The notes under the pieces: model-generated
The model's database searches: none
Told to the model about the DNA's origin: nothing
What the model saw: only the letters and a program-made list of their open reading frames with translations
Part shown: positions 54,801 to 64,000 of the stretch, in pieces
How the letters are laid out: each line of letters begins with the position of its first letter
How positions within the stretch are numbered: the stretch's first letter is position 1
Source: Mytilus edulis
Lineage: Eukaryota
Length of the DNA stretch: 64,000 nt
NCBI RefSeq assembly: GCF_963676685.1
Contig: NC_092354.1
Location: 74,462,001-74,526,000 of the forward strand
Direction: 5' to 3'
Program-made: the position numbers and the translations under genes

Positions 54801-57800
54801 CAACCATGATGTGGACAATTATCTTAAGATTTATTTTGAAGTGTCTGACATTCCATTGTTTGATTACAGTAAACGATGTAAAATTATTATTTTTGTACAA
54901 AAATCTTTTTATTTTTTTTTTATCAAAATAGTGGTGAATTCAAATATTTGTTGTCATTCATTTTTTGATTTGATGTAATACCAATGTTATCATTAACAAT
55001 GTTTCAATATTAGTATACAAATACATTCTATCCAAGAAAGGAGGCTGATTTTCCGAGGTTAAAAAATCAAGATGTTGCAAAACTTTTTTTCCATTGGTAT
55101 ATATATAATTTTGTACGATGTTATACAACATCTTTTTTGGGGGGAATTTCAACAATGTTTTCAGAAAAACAAAAGGATTGTGAATAACAATCTTTAGATT
55201 TTTTACCTAGCAATATTTAAACAGAATTGTTTATGCTGTCTAAGTATGTCAGGTCTTTGCATTTTCTTTTGTTTTGGGGCTTTTGTCATGTGTTTTAAAG
55301 TGTGAAAAAATAAACATTTCCATTTGGAATGTAAATGGTTTGTTTAGAAGGTTAAATAGTGGTCTTAGCATTTCAAAATTCGATGATGAAAAATTTAAAA
55401 AATATTATAACTCGGGTAAAGATGAAAACCGTACCTGTTTCATCGTCATCCCAAGATGGCAGATGAAAAATTATGTATTGTTTGTTAAAGTGTTTCTATA
55501 TAAAAAAAATTACAAAATATACATTGGTACGATGTAAATTTATTAAAGTTTCACACGGAAATCACAAATTACTACGGTAACCGTGAAATATGCAGGAAAC
55601 AGGAAAATCGATTTGAAAAAAAATCGCTAAGATGACCTTAAATCATTATAAAAATATTTTCAAGATGACCGTATCATATAACAAGTATGACTGTGGTTGG
55701 TAAAAAGATTACCATAATTTGTAAAAGATGACCATTATTTGTAAAGGATAACTGTTATTTATAAAGGATAACATTACTGTAATTTATAAAAGATGACAGT
55801 AACTTTTAAAGGATGACCGTCAATTCTAAGAAATATCCGTATTTGTATTCATAGCCTTTTTTTTAGTTCGTCTCAGTATGGGCTCGGTTAACTATTTGCC
55901 GTATTTTGACAATGATAGTAAATTGCATATTTCTCGTAGGAAATATTTATTTATTTATAACGAGGTTAACATTTTTATATTTGGCAATAGTTCATAAAGT
56001 TCATTGTTTAATTCCGTTTGACACCCTTCTGCGACATAACCGTCAGAGGCGGATTTTGGAATAGAGGCCTGGTCCCCTTTTTCTTGGAAAAAAATGGTTG
56101 ATTATATAGGAATCACTGAAGCATGACCGGAGTGGCCCCTCTTATTCAGTCAGTGAGCCCCCACCTATGAAAATAAGTGGATCTGTCACTGACTTTCAAA
56201 TTTGAAGAACATCTTTTGAATGATATAGTATGTTCCCAAAATAAATATATTTGGCTTATAACCTTATCCTAACATCATGTTAAGCTTTGTTACTTCAACT
56301 CTGAAATGTACGAACCGATAGGTAGAATGGCCAGTGTTTTCATCCAAAATTTTCTTTAATAAAGAACATTTACAATGGTAGTTGATACGATATCATATCA
56401 ATTGGTGTACACGCATTAGCATTTTTAAGAAGGTGTATTTATTATCTGACATTAAAAAGAATCCCATAAATTAAAAAAATATTTCGTCTTGAAGTTGAAT
56501 GCTACATATGGTGAACTATGTATTTGAAGCACGTCGTATTGTCTTCTACCTTTAAAATAATAATCTCTAACAAATACGTTTTATTCCAACACGATTAATT
56601 ATTTTAAACAAAAAAAGGTTATACAAATACAGATGTTTCTTAGAATTGAAGGTCATCTTTTAAAAGTTACTGTCACCCTTTATAAATTACGGTCATCCTT
56701 TACAAATTAAGATCATTTTTTAACCAATTAAAGTAACCCTTTTTATGAATTGCTTATCCTGTTACGGTCATCTCGATTATGATTTACGGTCATCTTAGCG
56801 ATTTTTTTTCAAATCCAATTTCCTGTTTCATACACATTTATCGGTAGTGGTTTGTGATTTCCGTGTTAATCTTTATAAATTTACATCGTACCAATATATG
56901 CTTTGTAAAGAAAACGATATAGAAACCCTTTAACAGACGATACAGATACTGACCTTCGTTTTCATCCGCCATCTTGGGATGACCATGAATCTAGTTACGG
57001 TCATCAGCTTTACCCAGTGATTATACATGTAAGACTGTCAGAACCTCATGCTTCTTCTAAAGAAATTTTGGCATTAGATGAATACAAATGTCATGTCAAT
57101 TGTAGATCTGATTTAAATAAAAGTAGGGATGGATTGGCAGTATGAGTTAGAAAAGAAATGTTGACGAGAATTAAATTGATTGATAAATTTGTTAATGAGA
57201 TCATGTGGTGGAAGCTTGAAAAACATTATTTCGGTTTGACAAGGGATTATTTATTTTTATATATATATATATATATATTTCACCGGCAAACTTATTTCAT
57301 ACTGTTCGTACCAATTGTGACAAACACATTTTTGACAAATTATACAATGATGGAGGCAAATATGGTATTTCAGGGAAAGTAATGCTATTAAGAGGACCTA
57401 AATGCGCATGCAAAATGTGATAAGTTAGATTTTATTACAAATGAGTGACGATACTTTTGATAATTTTCAACCTGTCAATTATGAAGCTGATTGTATTCAT
57501 AAATTGAAAAATACGGAAATTCCACAAGTACTAACAATTATGAGAAATCAGTAATCGAGTCACAGCTAGGAAGTTAAAAATGGAGATTCTAAAAGGAAAA
57601 TAACTATTTACAACCATTGTTTCCATTGTTGACTATTGCATCTGCAGTGCATCATTGCTATCCAATATTATTAATTTTACAGTTGGACAATACTGCCCTA
57701 CACTGTCTGATCATAGTTCAATATCAGTCCAGATTTTATCTAAGTCAGTACAAACTAAAAGACCATATTCACAGAAAAATAACATGAAAAGAATTAACAT

Positions 57801-58193
57801 AAATGGAGCTCGAGAAAGAGCATCTTCGTTAGCCACGGGTTACGATCCACACCCCTTCATTTTTGGCAGATTGAGATATAATTTCGGAGACACAAGGGAA
57901 TAATTTTCATTGATTGCAGTCGAAACTAAGTGCGTCCAATCAAACAGCGCCTATAACATGATCACGTGTAAATGTAGACAGTGTATGTAAACAGTTGTCA
58001 TGCGCTTATTGTGCAACAAGTCTTTACATCCCTAAACATACGACTATATTTAGCAACAATTTGAATGATTTTTAATCGACTAATATAAGTTCCTATGTAT
58101 ATTTTCGTTTACTGCTTAACCAAGTATGTAGAATCTAGACGCCACCGTGTTTTTGTGTATTTAAAACTAATCTTTCATCCTATGATTTTATTT

Positions 58194-58229
<36 letters not shown>

Positions 58230-61200
58230 GAAGGAGGAGGAGGAGGAGGAGGAGGAGGAGGAGGACGATGACGAGGAGGAGGTGGAGGAGGAGGAAACAT
58301 TTTTATTTTTAATGACAGTTTTTATCTCTTTTTATCATAGTTTATGCAGAAAAATAATAAAAAGTGCATAAAAAAATACTAATTTAGTGTTTAACTGAAA
58401 GTAACCGTTAGGAGTACGATAGCATTTGATGAAATCTATAATATTAAACATCACTACATCTATACACGTGTTTTGTATTATACTGACGATAACATCTAAC
58501 CAGAAGTATACAAGATATAAAAAGGGACACTTAAACTCATAAGTCGAAAACAAACTGACAAATGACATTGTTAAAATTCAAGAAACAGACAAACATACAA
58601 ATAACAGTTCATTTAACATGACATACAAAAAATCTAAACTAATTCTACAAAGAAATAGGGGTGATCTTACAGGAGGACTCAACACTTTAAGTAAATTAAA
58701 TTTGACTTGTTTGATTTTCATACATTTTTTTCTTCAACATGTAGTTTGACCTGTTTTTTTGAAAATATGAAAATTTCCAGAAATTTAAACAACACAATTT
58801 ACAGTAATACTTTCGTTGGATATATATCAGTTTGACAGACACCAATCGTTTTGCTGAAAAGTTTCATAAATTTTCACAAAAAAACTACGATTGACATGGA
58901 TAGCATAAACAAGCCCCTTTGGAAGTAGGTTTCATTTAGTTTCAATTTTTAAAACAGCATAATAAAGTACTAAGACCACACATAACTGTTTTGTACAGGT
59001 TATTATTATAAAAAGTCGTTAATCTAGAAAATGTTAGTATTGTCGCCTATGAAAGAATACATAGTACCGTTTTCCCTATAAATCCGACATATTTAGTGTC
59101 ATAAATATACATTTCAACAAGCACACATAATTCAATCTGTTCTTTCATTTAGTTTAGGATTCATATGACCAAAAAAAGTTCAAATCCTAGAAGTCATCCA
59201 AAACTGCACACATGTAAATGATGGTTGCGGGCACGATTGTAAATTATATCACGAATAAAAGATTTTTGGAAAACGGTATATCGAGCTAGAATTTTCTTCA
59301 AGCAATTAAGAAGAAAAAATATAAATAAGATGCAGTTAAATATATATATATGGAACTCAAAATACATTTTAAGACAACGATTTGCACAATTCTATTTTAT
59401 CGATTTCACCGAGAGTCTTCTAAATATTGTCATACAAGTGAGAGAAGTGGCTAGCTTTAAAACCAGGTTTAGGGAAATTTTGTAGCAAGAAAAAAGATCG
59501 GTGACATCATTTTTAATAAAAAAAAAACTAAAACATATTATAAAACCTGTCTTCTTACTTCATTCAAAATTATATCTAATAGATTTCTTTTGTGTACGGA
59601 AATGTATTTTTTCATGAACAATTTATGCATATTAAGTAAATAAAATTTTGAACGACTCATAGCCTGACAAATAGCACGGTGACCCTTTTTTTTTATAAGA
59701 GCATAGTAAAATCTTCATTTATGGCAAAGTCTAAGAACATTCTATTTCGGGAAATATATACCGATAATTTGCCTTAAGGGGGATCGGGTCTCTCAGTCAT
59801 AAAACATTACTCAGTACTCCGAGTACAAAATAAGTGCTCGAAACACAAATCCAGTATTTTGAATGGTTGATTCTTGATTCTGATTACAAAAATTGTGCTC
59901 GAAAGTTTTATGACCGCAAGGCCTGGACTATTCGACTGCGCATAATTTCACGCATGAAATACCATGCACACGAAAAGTTCCTGTCGTAAATTCACATTTA
60001 TCTTTTTTAATATTTTGATTGATTAAAAATAATATATTATTGTATTTTTGTCACTAAAAAAATATTAACGTTATTATGTGTATTATATTATATCAGTGAC
60101 TTATATTTTGTATTTGTTTATTCTTTGAAGAAATATTTCAGCTTTTTATATTACGGTTTTGTAACTAGTGATAGTCCGATAAAAATATGTCAACACCTCT
60201 ATTTTCCCTATCGTTTCTTTGAAAAACGGTCCCTTTTACATACATGTTTAAAAGTAATACTTTTAGCTTAAATGGTCTGGGACCCCCTATTGTGTTCGAC
60301 CAATTTGATTCACTCTCTGTAAAGATTAAAAAACAAAACATACGGCACTTCTGACAGAAACTTCGAATAGACCCTAACCACCTTAAGATTCTGATTTGTT
60401 CCTAATGTGAAGCACAAAACGATTGACGCCAGAGGCTTGGAAAGGAGTCAATTGTAAAGGTATACAGTATGCCTGACAGCAATTGTATTCTAAAAACACT
60501 TGTTTACAGTACAGATAGTGTTTTTATCTATGATATGAGTCGACAAAATACTTGAGAACTGAATTTGTTTCAATACGTTCATTCATTAGTTATTTTTCAA
60601 CTTTGACTAGCCAAAAAACCTTCCATGGTCTGTAGGTGCCATGTATGGATTCTGAATATATAACACTTTTATAAGGCCTTAAGGGCGTACGATACAGTTT
60701 TGTTAAATGAGGTCGAAATTTTGTATATTTGCTCAAAATGTGGATTTTGGGCCGTATTTTTCCTTTCGAAAGAAAGACATAACTATTTTGTTTTAAAAGA
60801 TAAACACAAATTGTTTTTTGTTAAATAATGTGTAGTTTCTTTTTTATAAGTTTCCTAAAATTTAATGCATTTTTATTCAGGATTATCTCATATTTGTCAA
60901 ATGCTCATGAATTGGAAAAAAAAAAGTCATTTTTTGCTGTATATTTATCAAAATTAAAAAAAATGCACTATTTACAGATTTATAAAATTTGATCCACATT
61001 ATCTCCCCGCAAAATGACACAAAATGTCGTTTTAGAAAATAGGGGTCCATGCACTCGTTTTCAAATTACATCAGTTTGAATGATAAAAATCAGTCGAAAA
61101 ATGCTTCTCCTCCCGATATGTCACAGTTTGACGTCGCGAAAATAACATTTTACGTTAGCAACGTCATTACCTCTACTGAAACTGTATCGTATGCACTTAA

Positions 61201-62588
61201 AAAGGCCTTCCAGTTATATATAAATTCATTTACTAATTATATATTGTAGATGTGTTGGTTAACAAATATTTATTGTAATTTTCAATTATATCAGTTGATA
61301 ATGAAAATCTTTATTGCCAGTATTGGCAGTTGATCATCACTTTCATGGGAAAATGAAATCGATGTTAAAATCAACGATTATAAGACTAAATATATGTCTT
61401 TCACGGACAATCCAAAGGGCTGAGGCCCTACATTACATTTCCCCCCGTTTTTGGATAAAATATATTCTATAACCCTTTACCAGTTTTCTGTATACTATAA
61501 ACCAATAAGAATAAGACACACAGGCTAAGTCACATGTTAAAACAATTATTTTTTCTACATTCGTATTTTTTGAAATATAGATGAAAGGTTCACTTAAACA
61601 CTTGATATATATAATGGACATTTTTTTTAATACTATTTATTTCTATGAATTATTGTGTTTGCCTTAATTTAAATATTAAAAGTATGACACAACACTTGTA
61701 TGCCGACTTAATCATTTTTTTCATAATACACAACAACAATTATTGAATGAACCATTCATGTATTCTGCAGGCCATTTGTAGACTTGATGTACAAAACTTT
61801 GACGAAAACAATTGTACAGATTTCAAATACATATCGCTTAACATTCAGACATCATATGATTTTAAATAAAGGCAAGAGTAGTATATCGATGTTCAAAAGT
61901 CCTAAATCGAATGAGAGAAAAACGAATTCAGGTTTTTGACTAAAACCGAGGGAACTATCAGAGGAAAACATGGAAACTACAGAAACACTGAAGTGCAACA
62001 AAAAAAAAAAAATGTCAACACACATAGAACCGAACTATTTGATAAAAACTTAGAAAGATCCGAACTATTTGATAAAAACTTAGAAAGAACCGAACTATTT
62101 GATAAAAACTTAGAAAGAACCGAACTATTTGATAAAAGCTTAGAAAGAACCGAACTATTTGATGAGAAACATGTCTGAAATATTTTAAAACCCAATTACC
62201 AAGCCCTGACAACTTATGAGTCTTTGTTTGAATATTTAAAACATGATCCCGGTTCAAATTTCATTGAATTCAATCTACATTTGTGTGTACCTTTCTACCA
62301 ATTATCATCCCGAAAACTACTACTCAAAACAAAACGCCATGATTATAAAATGTCATAGTTTTTGTGAAGTCATCAACTCTATACATAACGTCCGATTGAG
62401 GCATGTCAAAAATTATACAACGCCGAAAGCCCGCGCTTCCTATATCGTTTCTTAGATATGGTTGAAGTGTGAATTCGTTAATATTTTAATGAATTCTCAA
62501 AGACACAATAAATGTATGTAAATACGTAAAGACTTTAGAGTTACAAGACAAAACATGATAAAATACTCACCCGTATCTACATCAAACA
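36566..62588 (-). CDS. ROCO-family GTPase, Roc-COR-death domain-death domain, no kinase; 5' end not established
   Basis: Exons: 62571-62588 (tentative), 53361-53378, 51867-52091 (G1 GAYEAGKT, G2 STDGID), 50485-50838 (G3 DFAGQ..YH.THQ.F), 47714-47820 (G4 ATHKD), 45997-47208 (COR), 43731-43761, 42288-42547 (DD1), 41552-41579 and 36566-36885 (DD2). Duplicate exon set at 40041-40071, 38598-38857 and 37862-37889. About 850 aa, open throughout. Confidence 0.88.
37211..37600. mobile_element. Fold-back element with a long internal hairpin
   Basis: Imperfect inverted arms 37211-~37277 and ~37293-37355 around the loop GAGCCGTAAGGCGAG. Confidence 0.75.
38598..38857 (-). CDS. Duplicated first death-fold exon of the ROCO gene
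   Basis: Identical to 42288-42547 (LLNDSQLLRICNSLTKEEVRSLAFNLGVS...MCQ). Confidence 0.75.
42288..42547 (-). CDS. First death-fold exon of the ROCO gene
   Basis: 260-nt GT-AG exon with the helical death-fold pattern D.QL..I...L......LA..LG.S...LD.I. Confidence 0.8.
44915..45048. other. Assembly gap (134 N)
   Basis: Run of N characters. Confidence 1.
45997..47208 (-). CDS. Roc C-terminus/COR exon of the intact ROCO gene
   Basis: Open 404-codon exon with COR-like motifs WGQKVPKQF..LE, L.FL...G...Y, IVIDP..L.DVL..I and YLVP.M. Confidence 0.9.
48063..49189. mobile_element. MITE with TATATGTAGGA termini and subterminal GATGGT/ACCATC repeats; contains nested repeats
   Basis: TATATGTAGGA...(GCGATGGT)n on the left and (ACCATCGC)n...TCCTACATATA on the right. 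A nested ~140-bp element at 48388-48525 is related to 56043-56192. Confidence 0.65.
50485..50838 (-). CDS. Roc G3-motif exon of the intact ROCO gene
   Basis: IPVLDFAGQIIYHATHQTFITSHGIYLITFN, the Roc switch II consensus. Confidence 0.9.
51867..52091 (-). CDS. Roc P-loop exon of the intact ROCO gene (not in the ORF track)
   Basis: SRILVVGAYEAGKTTLVSNLIG...STDGIDV; 225-nt phase 1-1 exon. Confidence 0.9.
54190..55105 (+). mobile_element. Decayed Tc1/mariner transposase
   Basis: Fragments HATISRFV...IKDLPRS (HTH-GRP region), RNQLIATGYRARR, LPWPDRRPDLNHIEHI* (WPxxSPDLNPIE motif) and QQQIRRL...EVVIR, with frameshifts and an internal deletion. Confidence 0.8.
55300..57800 (+). mobile_element. Non-LTR retrotransposon APE endonuclease remnant interrupted by a MITE
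   Basis: ISIWNVNGL before the insert. After it: LSE, RDGLAV*VRK, W.KL.K..FG...D, EDLNA (GDFNA), SIVDY and SDH. Confidence 0.75.
55409..57019. mobile_element. Non-autonomous DNA transposon with ~400-bp TIRs, CAC-type end and 5-bp TSD (Transib-like)
   Basis: Right end ...CTTTACCCAGTG, left end AACTCGGGTAAAG. ATTAT is duplicated (55404-55408 and 57020-57024). Subterminal GATGACCGT/ACGGTCATC repeats. Confidence 0.7.
58197..58295. repeat. (GAT)n(GAG)n compound microsatellite
   Basis: Directly visible in the sequence. Confidence 0.97.
59778..60382. mobile_element. TTAA-flanked MITE (Kolobok-like)
   Basis: TTAA|GGGGGATCGGGTCT ... AGACCCTAACCACC|TTAA; 14-bp TIR with 3 mismatches. Confidence 0.55.
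60683..61196. mobile_element. TTAA-flanked MITE (Kolobok-like)
   Basis: TTAA|GGGCGTACGATACAGTTT ... AAACTGTATCGTATGCAC|TTAA; 18-bp TIR with 2 mismatches. Confidence 0.75.
62026..62170. repeat. 30-bp minisatellite x~5
   Basis: AGAACCGAACTATTTGATAAAAACTTAGAA repeated. It generates the spurious repeat ORFs at 61936-62257. Confidence 0.95.
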
Positions 62589-64000
62589 CTGAAAAAAAAA
62601 CTTACATCATTCATTCTCTACTTTGAGTGATACATAAATTGTCTGGGATAGCTGTAATTATTACGATTAAGTTAAAAATTAAAATGTATATGGCTTATAG
62701 TAATAAACATTTCTTGTTTAACAAGCATATGAAAAATACGTATTAGAATTATGCACATTTAAATAAATGTGTCCAGTTGTGTGACATCATTTACTTTTAC
62801 TGATGGTTAACACTTAATGGCAAGTATTTCTGTTCAACAGTAATTAGTACATTTAGTTACAACGTCATCTTACTGTTTAAGCTTTGGATAGCAGTGTCCT
62901 CGAAACCAAACACAATTAGCAATCACAATCAATTATTTTCACAAGAATCTTACAATTATTTGGAGGATGAATGAGTGGAAGTAGTATCATTTACGATGAT
63001 TTCTGTCATTTACACATCGGTTATGATTGGTTACTCTTCTTAGTATTCTAACGATATATCATATCATATGAAGCAACATACTACAATTAACCTAACGCGT
63101 ATGAATATTGACAACCTTGTTTCGCATAATGAGTTATGAGTGACTTTTCAGACGATTGATGTTGTTACTTTAGCTCCAACATTTAGAAACTGTTGTGACA
63201 CTTTTTGAATCCGCGATGGTGAATGAAACAAAATTATACTCATAATAAAGTAACTCTTGAACAATTTAGAGGTTTTCCATATTTATTTTGTAAAATATGC
63301 ACACATAGAGATTCAGAGTTCTTTAAAAAGCTTTACATAGGGTTCAAACTAAGTTAAACATGATTCCTTATCATTAACTTCACTTTTGAAGGAATATTTT
63401 ATCTTAAATGCAAGGTCGCTCATCCACCATTTTTGACATAGGAAAATCCTTTATCAAGTCATGACAGTTGTTATGCATTCCTTTGATGTGATTGATGTGT
63501 TTGGGCTTTTGATTTTGTCATTTTGATTGGGGACTTTCCTTTTTAAATTTTTCTCGGAGTTCAGTATTTTTCTGATTTTATCTTTTAAATTACGTTGCAC
63601 AAGTATGAATTAGAAATAATTTTTTGATAAGAAAATGTACTTGTGTGGCACTATTTCAACATCGTTTAATTTCGTATATTCCTTCCAAAATGTTTACCTT
63701 AATACATATGATCATGTGTCCCTGTTGTTAAAATTGTGACACTTTAATTACACAATAGTATCGTCTTTCCTTCGTTATTTCTTTTTTTTTTTTGACAACT
63801 CGATTTTTTAAACAAGACAAGTTTAAAACTTTAATCAATAAGCATTCGAGAAAATTGTATTACAATGTATAGTCCCCTACCAATAGACATCTTATTATAC
63901 AGGAACAAAATGCTAAAATTGATCTATAACTTGTCATTGTTTTAGCTATATCGATAATATTTTGAAGCATGATGAGAAAAGGTGTTGAAACTGAATAATA

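Noticed and set aside
58197-58295. Poly-Asp/Glu coding exon
   Set aside because: No flanking splice sites or ORF context; a simple microsatellite.
61936-62257. Repeat-protein ORFs (TELFDKNLER)n
   Set aside because: By-product of a 30-bp minisatellite inside a common repeat; open in several frames.
63698-63721. Further upstream ROCO coding microexon
   Set aside because: It has AG/GT flanks but contains a stop in the required phase; at most a UTR exon.

Overview
AT-rich, intron-rich animal genomic DNA. The repeat families and gene content suggest a bivalve, probably a mussel (Mytilus-like); this is an inference. Splice-aware reading shows five genes. (1) 476-14980 (-): a pseudogenised ROCO paralog (Roc GTPase-COR-death domain-death domain) with five in-frame stops and a Walker A K>I change. 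(2) 16016-22207 (+): a four-exon gene for a ~147-aa secreted protein with a single atypical cadherin-like domain, mostly missed by the ORF track. (3, 4) 23578-27810 and 29312-32653 (-): two tandem secreted QPD/WHD C-type lectins (perlucin-like). (5) 36566 to at least 53378, possibly 62588 (-): an apparently intact ROCO gene, Roc-COR-DD-DD with no kinase. Gene 5 contains a near-perfect 3,690-bp tandem duplication of its first death-domain exon module. The duplication junction carries an inverted copy of a hairpin loop, and an assembly gap lies nearby at 44915-45048. The rest is SINEs, MITEs, a Ginger2-like element, Tc1, LINE-endonuclease and Penelope-like RT remnants, hammerhead-ribozyme-like repeats and minisatellites. 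All exon boundaries were read manually from GT-AG sites, phase compatibility and paralog comparison; no database search or transcript evidence was available.
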